A DNA stretch of 64,000 bases from an uncultured Thermodesulfobacteriota bacterium (GCA_964347335.1 CAYFYO010000003.1:6180-70179); one strand, 5' to 3'. Counted from the stretch's first letter, positions 52,097-62,783 are shown. Notes: generated from the letters alone by a model not told the origin. Numbers and translations are program-made.

Positions 52097-52289
52097 CTTT
52101 CTCTCTTGGGCTCGAAGGGGTCAACTGTCAGGGACCCGGGATCCGTTTTTTGTCGGCCCGTATCCCCCCTCTTTTGAACCCCGTATCACAAGAGCCGGAG
52201 CTGACATTCGAACCCATCTGATGAATCCATTCCAATGATCGCCTGCCATCGTCGGTTCTGCTGACGGCTGACCCCCGTTCCCCGCGCTA

Positions 52290-53645
52290 TTATTCGTATT
52301 CCCCCCACTTAGCACTCTCTTTTGGAGAGACTGGGACCAGGCGAGCGACCGTGCGGTTGTCCTCATTCAGATATCGTCGCGCCACATCCATGACGTTTTC
52401 GGCGGTCACCTCCTGATAGGCCGGCTCGATTCTGTTCACCCATCGATGATCTCCGGTGCGAATCCGGCAAACCCCCGCCATGATCCCTTTATAGAAGTGT
52501 GTCTGAAGAAGCATCAAAAAGGATGACCGCAGTTTCTTTCTGCTCTTCTCTATTTCAGCGACTTCTACAGCGTCGCTTTTCAAGATATCTATCTCCTTCC
52601 AGAGGTCCTGCTCCAACCTGTCGATATCCTCTCGAGGCGAAGCAGCGACTGAGAGGATCAGTAACCCCGGGTCCATGAATATAAAGGGAGGCGGTCCCAA
52701 ATCCGCCTCCGCCTCAACTGCCCTCCCCGTTTTAATAAACTTCCGATACAACCGCGAGGATCGTCCATGGGAGAGAACGGACACGAGAACTAAAAGAGGG
52801 AAAATGTCTGGGTTCGTGATTTCTGGGATATGGAACCCCGCAAAAAGGGCGGAGAGCTGTGCAACCTTCTTGTAGACAACCCGTCTCTCACCCCGCTGGG
52901 GTTTTTCCCGGGTGCGAACCGGGGCCGGGTCTGGCTGAGTATCGAGATGGCCAAAATGCGCTTCCGCAAGTGCGAAAACACGGTCAGGTTTCACATCACC
53001 CACGATCACCATGACGGCGTTATTTGGAGCGTAGTGGATTCTATAGTACTCCAAACAGTCCTCCAAGGTTAGACTTTTCAGGTCCTGATCCCATCCGATC
53101 ACGGGCCATCGATACGGATGAATTTGAAATGCTGTCGCAAAGAGCTGTTCCATGGCCAGGCCAAAAGGACTGTTCACGGTTCGATACTTCCTTTCGCTTC
53201 GGACCACCTCCCTTTCCGTGACTAAGTTCTTCTCGGTAATTCTGAGATTTTCCAATCTCTCTGCCTCCAAATGCATCGCAAGTTCGAGCTTTTTGGCGGG
53301 GAGGTTCTCGTAGTATGAAGTGTTATCCGTGGTCGTGAAAGCATTGGTATGACCGCCATTCGCCTGAATGATCTTGGAGAATTCTTCGGGACCGAGCTCT
53401 TTTGAGCCCCGAAACATCATGTGCTCGAACAGGTGACTGATCCCCGTGATTCCAGGCCTCTCATTTCGCGAGCCTGCGGCAAAATGCATCTGAAAACTCA
53501 CCACGGGAAGACTCGAATCACGAAGCACCAGGACACACAGCCCATTGGAGAGCTTGTGTTCCTTCAAATCCAGTGTCACTGTTTTTGAGACTGCCCTCGC
53601 CATGTCATCCTGCAATCGATATCCGGGTATGAGAAGCGTGGACAT
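52290..53645 (-). CDS. M16-family zinc peptidase (insulinase-like), catalytic-type
   Basis: HxxEH zinc motif in GISHLFEHMMFRGS. Confidence 0.8.
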   Translation of the reverse strand: MSTLLIPGYRLQDDMARAVSKTVTLDLKEHKLSNGLCVLVLRDSSLPVVSFQMHFAAGSRNERPGITGISHLFEHMMFRGSKELGPEEFSKIIQANGGHTNAFTTTDNTSYYENLPAKKLELAMHLEAERLENLRITEKNLVTEREVVRSERKYRTVNSPFGLAMEQLFATAFQIHPYRWPVIGWDQDLKSLTLEDCLEYYRIHYAPNNAVMVIVGDVKPDRVFALAEAHFGHLDTQPDPAPVRTREKPQRGERRVVYKKVAQLSALFAGFHIPEITNPDIFPLLVLVSVLSHGRSSRLYRKFIKTGRAVEAEADLGPPPFIFMDPGLLILSVAASPREDIDRLEQDLWKEIDILKSDAVEVAEIEKSRKKLRSSFLMLLQTHFYKGIMAGVCRIRTGDHRWVNRIEPAYQEVTAENVMDVARRYLNEDNRTVARLVPVSPKESAKWGEYE

Positions 53646-53770
53646 CTTATCTTTTTCAGGTCCGGGTGTAAAGAAGCCAGAGGGAAATCACGCTAAACGT
53701 CTCTCCTTCGTGCTCAAATTCTGTTTTCGACAGTTCCTGAGAAATGAGCAACGATCAATCCGACCCGAAT

Positions 53771-54418
53771 TCAACGCGCTTTACGCCCAAAAAACCGGTC
53801 GTAGAGATCGTCAAAAAGAACAGGGATTCTTCTGTGGAATTCTTTGAGGAGGGGAAGCATCAGTTCCCGAATCTGCGGGTGGGCTTGGGAGCTGCAGCGA
53901 AGTCCGAGGACATGCCGCCACTCACGGAGGTTGCATGTCATGACGACCTCCGTTTTCACCGAATTCGGAAGTACGCTTCTGGCTTCCTGCGGCGTAGCCC
54001 CCAGTTCGATAAGCTTCATATAGTGTGTCTCCGAAGCCTGCATCGCTTCTTCCCATTGTCGGTAGGCGGCAACGTCTCGAGACCAGAAAAGGGGTTTGAT
54101 GACCGAGATTTCATTTCCGAATCGATCCTGACTGTAATTGGCGTAACGCGTGCTCTCTTGACTATATGATGCCAGGCGATGGCGCACGAGTTCATGGCTG
54201 ACGCCCCGATCACAGGTGAACTTGACGCTGATCGAGATGTGTTCGATGACGCTGTGGTGACCGGATTTTATGATCCGCCTGATGAAATCCGATGCCGAAC
54301 CGGCGGTGATTCGATGCTCAGACTTATAGCATGTTCGGCCCGCTCGCTCGAGCTTCGCAAGAATCGCATCTGCATCAATGGGATCGAGTATTTCGAAAGA
54401 AGGTTCAACGATTTTCAT
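53771..54418 (-). CDS. thyX: flavin-dependent thymidylate synthase
   Basis: ThyX signature RHRLASYSQESTRY (RHRxxSxxxxSxR). Confidence 0.9.
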   Translation of the reverse strand: MKIVEPSFEILDPIDADAILAKLERAGRTCYKSEHRITAGSASDFIRRIIKSGHHSVIEHISISVKFTCDRGVSHELVRHRLASYSQESTRYANYSQDRFGNEISVIKPLFWSRDVAAYRQWEEAMQASETHYMKLIELGATPQEARSVLPNSVKTEVVMTCNLREWRHVLGLRCSSQAHPQIRELMLPLLKEFHRRIPVLFDDLYDRFFGRKAR

Positions 54419-54633
54419 GAGGATATAGGCGTCAGCAGAGGCTGTCCACTATCCAGGATCATTCACAACTGAGCAGAGTAAAACCGAGGGGATCGGGCTC
54501 AGGGGGCGGGGGTTTCAACATGGGGCTCCCTTTTACCCTCCGCTACGTGCCTCGAACCTTAATTCCGACCCACCGTCCCACTGTTCCTTCTTCCCGCTCA
54601 TGATGTCTGGGCCAAGTGGATGAGACCCGTTCC

Positions 54634-57354
54634 CTACGAGCACCCACTCGTCGCACCACAGTTGAGGCATTTGTAACACGAACCATTCCGAACCATAATG
54701 GAACCACAGTCAGGGCAGGGAGGAGCGTCTTCCTGGGCAGCAAAGGAGAGGCCTTTCCCCCTATCTCCTTCAGACTCATCCGGCAGCTGTTCCGGAGCGC
54801 CCTCAACAAGCACCCCAACCTCGGCCTGTTCCTCCTTGGTGAGGAACTTCGAGGCGAGCCAGCGGAAGATGTAATCACTGAGAGATTTCGCAATGGCGAT
54901 CTGAGGATTCTTCGTGAACCCCGAGGGTTCGAAACGGGCATGTGCGAATTTATTGACGAGAACCTTCAAAGGAACTCCATACTGAAGCGTCAGAGAGACA
55001 GCCGTGGCAAAGCAATCCATAAGACCCGAAACGACGCTTCCCTCCTTGGCAATCACCACGAAAATCTCCCCTGGAGTCCCATCATCATACATCCCAACCG
55101 TTATATAACCCTCGTGATTCCCGATGCTAAACTTATGGGTGAGGGATTTTCTCTCATCAGGAAGACGACGGCGATAGGGGGTTCCCTTAATCTGAAGGTC
55201 CCCCTCCTGTCTCTGACTTAGCGGCTGGGTCCGCTTTGAGCCGTCTCGATAAATAGCCACCGCTTTCAGACCGAGCTGCCATGCCTGGATATAGGCTTCG
55301 GCAATCTCGTCAACTGTCGTTTCATTTGGCACATTGATGGTCTTTGATATGGCACCTGAGATAAACGGTTGAACGGCACCCATCATCTTAATGTGACCCA
55401 TATAATGAATCGATCGACTCCCAAGAATAGGTTTGAAGGCACAGTCAAAAACGGGCGCGTCCGTCTCTTTCAGGTGAGGAGCCCCTTCGATGGTCTCCCT
55501 TTTGTCCAGGAACTGGAGAATCTCCGTTTTCTCCTCCTCGGAATAACCCAACCGATCAAGAGCCCGAGAAACGGTATTGTTGACAATTTTGAGAACGCCA
55601 CCCCCCACAAGCTTCTTATATTTGATGAGTGAAATATCGGGCTCAATCCCTGTCGTGTCACAATCCATCATAAAGGCGATCGTTCCCGTCGGGGCCAAGA
55701 CCGTTACCTGAGCATTCCGGTACCCGTGATCCTCACCTTCCTCGATGGTTTTTTCCCAAACCTCGTGAACGGCGCCCAGCAATTCCAAGGGAACATATGC
55801 CGAGTTGATCTTAGAAACGGCTCGGTGATGTCTTCGCATCACCTCAATCATCGGTTTCCGGTTCCGCTCAAACGCCTCAAAAGCGCCCATGGCTTTGGCA
55901 ATTCTCGCAGACGTCAGATAGGCCTGTCCGGTCATAACTGCCGTAATAGCCGCCGCGTAGTTCCTTCCGGACTCACTGTCATATGGAAGACCACGCGCCA
56001 TGAGCAGCGCCCCGAGGTTGGCGTATCCCAAACCAAGAGGCCGGAATCTGTGACTGTTCTTGGCGATCACCTCCGTCGGGTAGCCGGCATTGTCGACGAT
56101 GATTTCCTGGGCGAGGATCATAATCCCGACTGCATGGCGAAAGGCTTCCACATCAAACTCCCCCTCCTCGCTCAGAAACCTCAGAAGATTCAGGGAAGCC
56201 AGGTTACAGGCCGAGTTATCGAGAAACATATATTCGCTGCACGGATTGGACGCATTGATTCTTCCGCTATTGGTACAGGTGTGCCAGTGATTGATGGTCG
56301 TGTCAAACTGCATACCCGGGTCACCAGAGATATGGGTTCCCTCGGCAATCAGGCGGAGTATCTCCCGAGCCTCGTATTCCCCCATCACCTCCCCAGTTAT
56401 GACGGCCCGGGTCTGCCAGGTTCCATTGTCCAACACGGCCTTCATGAATTCATCAGGAACTCGAACACTATGGTTGGCATTTTGAAAAAAGACGGATCCA
56501 TAAGCCTCACCGTTGAAAGAGCCATCATATCCCGCGTCGATCAGGGCCCATACCTTCTTCTCTTCCTCCTTCTTGCTGTTGATGAACTCCACAATGTCAG
56601 GATGATCCACATTCAGGATGACCATTTTGGCGGCTCGGCGAGTCTTACCGCCTGATTTGATCACACCGGCAAACGCATCGTACCCTTTCATAAAGGATAC
56701 AGGACCCGATGCCGTGCCACCCCCCGAAAGATATTCCTTCGAAGAGCGAAGAGGAGAGAGGTTTGTGCCCGTACCAGAGCCATGCTTGAAAAGCATGCCC
56801 TCAATCTTCGCCAATTCGAGGATCGACGCCATAGAATCCTCGACGGAATTGATAAAACATGCAGAACACTGCGGCTTCTTTTCGATACCGCAGTTGAACC
56901 AAACCGGGCTATTGAACGAAGCCATCTGAAAAAGAATCAGATATGTGAGTTCATCCTGAAAGGTCTTGCCGTCTTCCGGTGAGGGAAAGTATCCCTGACT
57001 CACACCCCATTGGGTTATCGTATCGACGACTCTTCTGATCAGCTGACGAAGGCTCGACTCCCTCTCAGGAGTTCCCTGAATCCCACGAAAATACTTCGAG
57101 GCAACTACATTAACTGCCATTTGGGACCAGAAGGAGGGGAACTCCAGGTCATCCTGCTCAAAAACCTTTTCTCCACTTTCGTTCACAATGGTCGCACGCT
57201 TACGTTCCCATTCCACCATGTCGAAGGGAGAAGTCTCCTTTTTCGTGAAATAACGACGGACGGTCACATCTTTCGGGGCTTCCTCTGAACGTCTCGCTCC
57301 GGATTCAGATTCTTTGCGCTGCAGATCGCGCTTGGGCATCTTCTCCTGACTCAT
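54634..57354 (-). CDS. nrdJ: adenosylcobalamin-dependent (class II) ribonucleotide reductase
   Basis: NrdJ homology, C-terminal zinc ribbon CPDCGS...CYKCLNCG; start MSQEKM behind RBS AGGAGGGGG (ORF-track ATG is 48 nt further upstream). Confidence 0.9.
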   Translation of the reverse strand: MSQEKMPKRDLQRKESESGARRSEEAPKDVTVRRYFTKKETSPFDMVEWERKRATIVNESGEKVFEQDDLEFPSFWSQMAVNVVASKYFRGIQGTPERESSLRQLIRRVVDTITQWGVSQGYFPSPEDGKTFQDELTYLILFQMASFNSPVWFNCGIEKKPQCSACFINSVEDSMASILELAKIEGMLFKHGSGTGTNLSPLRSSKEYLSGGGTASGPVSFMKGYDAFAGVIKSGGKTRRAAKMVILNVDHPDIVEFINSKKEEEKKVWALIDAGYDGSFNGEAYGSVFFQNANHSVRVPDEFMKAVLDNGTWQTRAVITGEVMGEYEAREILRLIAEGTHISGDPGMQFDTTINHWHTCTNSGRINASNPCSEYMFLDNSACNLASLNLLRFLSEEGEFDVEAFRHAVGIMILAQEIIVDNAGYPTEVIAKNSHRFRPLGLGYANLGALLMARGLPYDSESGRNYAAAITAVMTGQAYLTSARIAKAMGAFEAFERNRKPMIEVMRRHHRAVSKINSAYVPLELLGAVHEVWEKTIEEGEDHGYRNAQVTVLAPTGTIAFMMDCDTTGIEPDISLIKYKKLVGGGVLKIVNNTVSRALDRLGYSEEEKTEILQFLDKRETIEGAPHLKETDAPVFDCAFKPILGSRSIHYMGHIKMMGAVQPFISGAISKTINVPNETTVDEIAEAYIQAWQLGLKAVAIYRDGSKRTQPLSQRQEGDLQIKGTPYRRRLPDERKSLTHKFSIGNHEGYITVGMYDDGTPGEIFVVIAKEGSVVSGLMDCFATAVSLTLQYGVPLKVLVNKFAHARFEPSGFTKNPQIAIAKSLSDYIFRWLASKFLTKEEQAEVGVLVEGAPEQLPDESEGDRGKGLSFAAQEDAPPCPDCGSIMVRNGSCYKCLNCGATSGCS

Positions 57355-57444
57355 TCCGTACCCCCTCCTGATATTGAACGACCGCCTCCTTGACGGCCAC
57401 AATAGTATAAATTAGTCCAATCGATCGCCCGTGTCAAGCGAAAA

Positions 57445-57458
57445 ATACTATATATAGT
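57445..57458. promoter_or_regulatory. NrdR-box-like palindrome in the nrdJ upstream region
   Basis: Perfect palindrome TACTATATATAGTA (NrdR consensus approx acaCwAtATaTwGtgt); abuts a minus-strand TTGACA -35; weaker second site CACAAAATGTTGATGTG around 57483-57499. Confidence 0.35.
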
Positions 57459-57732
57459 ACGTTTTCTCGCCAAATCCACAAAATGTTGATGTGTCAAAAC
57501 GATCTGGTTCCCCCCCGAAGACGCTCTCAGACATAGGAACTCCTGCACGACTGCAGCACTTTTGGGAAGCACGCAAGCGAATAGAACAAGGTGAAACTGT
57601 CCCGGAACGAAGCTCTCATAAAAAATCGAAAAGAGGAAATCTCGCAAAGTGACATCGCGAGCGTCTTCTCAGAAGAATGGTTGATTAAGTCAACGCATGT
57701 ATAGTATAATAATATCAGTGGAAGAGAGACCC

Positions 57733-58344
57733 ATGGCCTTAACCGACCGGCAGAGGCAGGTTTTGGACTTCATCAAGCAGTCCATCCTGAAGAGAGGGTT
57801 TCCTCCTTCGATTCGGGAAATTGGGGAGCATTTCGGCATTTATCCTCGCGCTGCTTTCGACCACGTTAAGGCTTTGGAGAGAAAAGGCTTTGTCAAACGG
57901 AGCGCCGCCAAAAGCCGGGGAATCGAGGTCCGGGATTTCATGGAGCGAGATGTCCAACCCGAGGCTCGTCAAGTCCCCCTTCTGGGACGTGTAGCCGCTG
58001 GCGGCCCGATCCTGGCCGTGGAGAACATAGAGTCCGTCATGAGCATTCCAAGGGGTTGGGCTCCAGGTGAGGAGATCTTTTTTCTCAGGGTTAAGGGTGA
58101 CAGCATGGCTCCCTTTATTCTGGAAGGGGATCTCGTTCTCGTCCGCGCTCAGGCTTCGGCGGATAACGGGGAAATCGTCGTTGCCATGCTCGATGACGAG
58201 GCCACCGTGAAAAGGTTCTATAGAGAGAAGCGCCATGTCGTTCTAGAGCCTGAAAACCCGAGGTGGAAAACGCTTCGGATAAAGGAAGGGGCTCCGGGCC
58301 TCCGCGTCATCGGCAAAGTCATCGGTGTCTACAGAAGGCTCTAG
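57733..58344 (+). CDS. lexA: LexA repressor
   Basis: N-terminal wHTH, AG cleavage site (VAAGGP), S24 peptidase Ser (KGDSMAP) and Lys. Confidence 0.9.
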   Translation: MALTDRQRQVLDFIKQSILKRGFPPSIREIGEHFGIYPRAAFDHVKALERKGFVKRSAAKSRGIEVRDFMERDVQPEARQVPLLGRVAAGGPILAVENIESVMSIPRGWAPGEEIFFLRVKGDSMAPFILEGDLVLVRAQASADNGEIVVAMLDDEATVKRFYREKRHVVLEPENPRWKTLRIKEGAPGLRVIGKVIGVYRRL

Positions 58345-58713
58345 GTGAGTCTGTCCGGCCTTTGGATTTCCTGTCGATAATCCCTCTGTCCAAAAGGATC
58401 CATCCTGGAGATCTCCCGCAGCATACTCTCCGAGGCACCGGCGTGAAGGGTGAGCGTCTGATCAATCATCCGCGAACGTCTCTCGGGAATATGAGCATTC
58501 ACGAAAGCCACTGAAATTAAGAATATTTTCGGATGAAGGAACGCTCAAAGGGACCTGGGCCACTGGCCTCTTGGGGGCGACCGAAAAAGTCCGGAAACTC
58601 TTCATCAATCATCCTTGAAAACCCCTCGCCCAAAGAAATATATTGCAAGTTAAAGCCTTCGTCCACGGCCTCAACGTTGGCCTCCCGCCTCAGGCCTTCT
58701 CTCGGGGTTAGCA

Positions 58714-59799
58714 GTGACAGCAACACAGATCGTAAAATTTCGTGATCGCCTGATTGGGTGGTTTCAAAAGTACCACCGGCGATTGCCCTGGCGCCAAACA
58801 AAGGACCCTTATTCGATTTGGGTTTCTGAGGTCATGCTTCAGCAAACCCAAGTCAAAAAGGTCCTCGAATATTACCAGGAATTCATAAGGAGATTTCCGA
58901 ACATTCAACGCCTGGCCAAGGCCGATTTGCAGGAGGTCCTCAAGGCCTGGGAGAAGATGGGTTACTACGCTCGGGCCAGAAACCTCCACAAAGCGGCTAG
59001 AATGATCGTGCAAGAAATGAATGGCGAGATCCCCGTGGACTATGCCAGATTTCACAAATTGCCGGGTGTCGGGGACTACATTGCGGCCGCGGTCCAAAGC
59101 TTGGCTTTTGACAAACCCTTCCCTGTTTTGGACGGGAACGTCAAAAGGGTAATTTCGCGGCTCTTTCTGATCGAATCGTCATTGAACACCCCCACTGTGG
59201 CAAGATCTCTCAAGGTCAGGACGAGCGAGCTCTTGGACCGGGATAGACCAGGGCTCTTCAACCAAGCGATGATGGAACTGGGGGCCGTGGTCTGCCGCCC
59301 ACGAAAGCCGATCTGCCGAGCATGTCCAGTCCCCTCACTCTGCCAGGCATACCAAAAAGGCAGGCAAAATCACATCCCCATGATCACGAAAGCCAAACCC
59401 GTTCCCACGCATCACATCGCTTGTGGCGTCATTTTCAAAGACAACCAGATATTAATCACTCAGCGGAATTCATCTGGTCTACTGGGTGGGTTGTGGGAGT
59501 TCCCAGGCGGAAAAGTCAGGCCAGGAGAAACGCCTGAACAGGCTTGTGTCAGAGAAGTCAAGGAAGAGGTGAACCTGTCCGTCGAGATTGTTGAGCCACT
59601 CACCCGAGTCAAACACGCGTACACGCATTTTAGAATTGTCCTGGATGTCTTTCGCTGTCGATACCATTCTGGGGAGGTGGCTTTGAGAGGACCTGCAGAC
59701 TACCGCTGGATCAGGATCAATGAGATTGACAAGTACCCATTCCCTGGGGCCACCCATAAATTCATCCCGCTGTTGGTGGGACAAGGCCGACCAGACTGA
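58714..59799 (+). CDS. mutY: A/G-specific adenine DNA glycosylase MutY with C-terminal Nudix-like domain
   Basis: HhH-GPD fold, 4Fe-4S loop CRPRKPICRACPVPSLC, C-terminal LWEFPGGK Nudix-like domain. Confidence 0.85.
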   Translation: MTATQIVKFRDRLIGWFQKYHRRLPWRQTKDPYSIWVSEVMLQQTQVKKVLEYYQEFIRRFPNIQRLAKADLQEVLKAWEKMGYYARARNLHKAARMIVQEMNGEIPVDYARFHKLPGVGDYIAAAVQSLAFDKPFPVLDGNVKRVISRLFLIESSLNTPTVARSLKVRTSELLDRDRPGLFNQAMMELGAVVCRPRKPICRACPVPSLCQAYQKGRQNHIPMITKAKPVPTHHIACGVIFKDNQILITQRNSSGLLGGLWEFPGGKVRPGETPEQACVREVKEEVNLSVEIVEPLTRVKHAYTHFRIVLDVFRCRYHSGEVALRGPADYRWIRINEIDKYPFPGATHKFIPLLVGQGRPD

Positions 59800-60244
59800 A
59801 TCAGCTGCCAAATCAGGGGGGCAACTTTCGACCTTTTATCCACATCGGAAGGTATGGAAAGTCGCCGGTTGGCCATTTTCCTAAGACCGTAAACAATCGC
59901 TGGGGGATCTCTTCTAACCTACAGAAATTAAAATAATTCCTCGTGTTTCCAGAATAAATGACAAGGCAAATCCTCCGGTCCAACAGGCCGCTTTTTCTCG
60001 ACCATTACATTTATCCACAGGATTTCCCCAGGCTTTGGGGCCCACGAAGCCCCATGTCCAAAACGACGGGACGGTCGAGATCGCGATACGCTCCGGCCTC
60101 GAATCGGCTTCCAAGAGTCATATCGTCATCCGAAGTTCGACTCAGAAACCCCGGCTGAAAATCAATCGACGACATGATCGAGCCAATTGAACAAGCCACG
60201 CAAACGTGTTAGGCTAAAGGCAGTGAACTGCAGAGGTAAGCGCC

Positions 60245-60952
60245 GTGAAACCCCGGTTGGTTAAGACATTGGAGGCATTAACCAGACGACCCGATCAGCC
60301 TTTCACATTCGATGAGATCGTCCAAGATATGGGAGCAGGAAAGCATAAGACAACACTCGCGCTTCGTTATCTAAAAGAGAAGGGACTCATCGAGAAGGTC
60401 GTCGATGGGGAAAAATGGAAGCTCAGGGACAAGGCCTTTCCCACTATTGAGGCAATGTTATCTGTCTACCGAAAGGTGAAAAAGAAAAGGCCATCTAAAT
60501 CTGTCCTTCGGTATCTCCTCGCCTCATGCCCCTTCCGGCTGGCGGTCTTCCTCGAAAATGTTAAGGAACAAGGCTTCACGAGGAGAGAAGGACTCCAGTT
60601 CCTTAAAGAGGAGGGGCAGCGAGGGTATCTGAAAGAAGCGGTTATGCTACTGTTGGGCCTACAGATGGCTCACCTCGAATCTTTTCGGTTTTATGCCCGG
60701 GTGAGGTTTGTTAACCCGGAGGAATTTCGTTCGTTCAGGGCCCGATGTGAGATGAAGAGGCTGGATTTTATCGAGGAGGAATTCCTCGTCGGTCAATACC
60801 CTCCCACCATTGTTGAGCAGGCCCGAAGCTATGTGGAAAGGAACGATCACCGTTCCTTGACGCAGAATCCCAGTACGTGGTTTTTTGTCCAAGAGTTTCG
60901 AAAGCGAATCTTGGGCCAACCGGAAAACCCGGTTTACGGGGTCTGCTATTGA
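60245..60952 (+). CDS. hypothetical protein with N-terminal winged-helix-like domain
   Basis: 235-aa ORF, GTG start; N-terminus resembles MarR/TrmB-type wHTH (TFDEIVQDMGAGKHKTTLALRYLKEKGLIEKV); remainder unrecognised. Confidence 0.45.
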   Translation: MKPRLVKTLEALTRRPDQPFTFDEIVQDMGAGKHKTTLALRYLKEKGLIEKVVDGEKWKLRDKAFPTIEAMLSVYRKVKKKRPSKSVLRYLLASCPFRLAVFLENVKEQGFTRREGLQFLKEEGQRGYLKEAVMLLLGLQMAHLESFRFYARVRFVNPEEFRSFRARCEMKRLDFIEEEFLVGQYPPTIVEQARSYVERNDHRSLTQNPSTWFFVQEFRKRILGQPENPVYGVCY

Positions 60953-61041
60953 AAGGGCCGCGTCGACTGCCTTTTGTCCCCGCTTCGCCACCCAAGGATA
61001 ACGCTCCAAGCATTTTGGAAGAAAGCCAAGAGAGGACCCGT

Positions 61042-62610
61042 ATGAAAAGGCAGAAACAGGCAGACAGGCGGCGACTCTCGGAAGAGAAACGCCTGAGAGC
61101 ATACCGGCCAACTCCCATTGTGACACAATTGAAACACACGGTTCTCAATAGGCTCAGTAGAGGGGAGGACGTGATTCCGACGATTGACGGCAGGCGAGAA
61201 ACCAAGGACGACGTTATCCGTGTAATCCTTTCAGGGGCTAATCTCTATCTCGTATCCGAGGAAGGGACGGGCAAGACACGGATGGCCCGGTCAATCGCGG
61301 CGCTTCTCCCTCCGATCCCTGTCATTAAGGGGAGCCCATACAACGACGACCCGAAATGGCCTCGGCATTTGCGCTCGCCATGGTGCCAGGAATTCGAGGA
61401 CCCCGTCAGGGAGCTGGGCATCGAGTGGCTTTCTGGCATCAGGCGTTTCTCCAGGATTCAGGGGAACGAGTACACCAATGAGGCGAAGCTCCTCGGATTG
61501 AAGGATATTCAAGCGATCGCCCAAGGACGGAGTCCCTCCGATCCATCGGTATTTACGGGAACAGGGGTGTTTCGAGCGAATCGAGGGGTGCTTTTGATCG
61601 ACGAGCTTCCGGCGATTCGGACACGAGTCCAAGTGCTTCTTCATCCGATTCTCGAGGAAAAGAAAGCCATTCTTGAAGAATACAACTGGGAGTGGCCCCT
61701 CGATATCTTTTTCGTTGCGACAGGAAACCCGGAGGGATTCTCCCATGTGAACGATGTGCCCCGGCCCCTGATGGATCGGCTGGAAACGGTCTACATGGAT
61801 CTTCCCGAAGAAAAGATCGAAAAGGAGATCATGCTAAAGGAGAGGTTCCAAGAGCCCTCTTGGAGCATGGATGCCTCGCTCGCACAGGCCCTTGAGGAGG
61901 CCACCTTCCAGGATTCTCCCGAATCGACGGAAGCGGAGGTTTTGACCCCCTGGTGGATCTTGGAAGTGATCAACAAGACCGTGAGGCTGACGCGGGAATG
62001 CCCTCGACTGGACAAGAAGGCCACGATCCGGGCAACGACCCGGGCTTTTGATCATACTCGGTCGACTGTCCAGATGAATCTGAGAAGAGTGGCGACCCTC
62101 GCCGACTCTCTCTCTGGCCTCAAACTCGCGTTGCGGAGCCGTGTGGGCCTTCAACCCGATGCCGTGGATTTTGATAACCCTCGGGAGAACTTCAGGACGA
62201 TCGACCGAATTACCGAGGACGTCCTCTCCTTGGCCATGGAAGACCTGGCGGAGGAGTTTTTCAAAAAGGTCCGACCTGACAGGGAGGGAACAGCACTCAA
62301 AGCCGAAGTCGATCGCCTGGTCAAGGCGGGGTATCCCAAAAACGCTCGAGGTCTCGCGGCCTGTCCAGAGGTTTCAAATCTTGTGGGACGGCTGAAAAAA
62401 ATGGCACCCGAAAAAGCAAACCTCACCTTGCTCTCGGACAATGAAAAGGCGCTTTTTACACGTCCCCAGTCCCTCGACAATCAAATCACGGATGAATATG
62501 ACCGCTCCGCCATCGAAATGGTCGTGAACCTGGCTGCTTCAAGAGGAATCCTGAATGGCAACCAGGTGCGCCCCAGTTTCTTTGTGCCGAAGAAATTCGA
62601 TGAATCATGA
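61042..62610 (+). CDS. ChlI/BchI-like (Mg-chelatase subunit I family) AAA+ ATPase with about 190-aa C-terminal extension
   Basis: Walker A SEEGTGKT, LLPxIxVxxGxPxN insertion, Walker B LLIDELP, sensor/arginine block VATGNPEG...PLMDRL as in BchI/ChlI; RBS AGAGAGGA before ATG 61042. Confidence 0.6.
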   Translation: MKRQKQADRRRLSEEKRLRAYRPTPIVTQLKHTVLNRLSRGEDVIPTIDGRRETKDDVIRVILSGANLYLVSEEGTGKTRMARSIAALLPPIPVIKGSPYNDDPKWPRHLRSPWCQEFEDPVRELGIEWLSGIRRFSRIQGNEYTNEAKLLGLKDIQAIAQGRSPSDPSVFTGTGVFRANRGVLLIDELPAIRTRVQVLLHPILEEKKAILEEYNWEWPLDIFFVATGNPEGFSHVNDVPRPLMDRLETVYMDLPEEKIEKEIMLKERFQEPSWSMDASLAQALEEATFQDSPESTEAEVLTPWWILEVINKTVRLTRECPRLDKKATIRATTRAFDHTRSTVQMNLRRVATLADSLSGLKLALRSRVGLQPDAVDFDNPRENFRTIDRITEDVLSLAMEDLAEEFFKKVRPDREGTALKAEVDRLVKAGYPKNARGLAACPEVSNLVGRLKKMAPEKANLTLLSDNEKALFTRPQSLDNQITDEYDRSAIEMVVNLAASRGILNGNQVRPSFFVPKKFDES

Positions 62611-62783
62611 GAAACGACCAAATCCGCCTCCACTGTTCCGAGAGTTCCGGGCCCCCACCTGTCAGCGCGGGTCCACAAGGTCTAGAAATCCCGCGGAAGT
62701 AAACGGTTTGTGCGACTTCGTAAAACCCTCGCGTCTTTAAGCGAGATTGCGGAAGGGGTAGGGAATCCATCCGAGAATACCTG

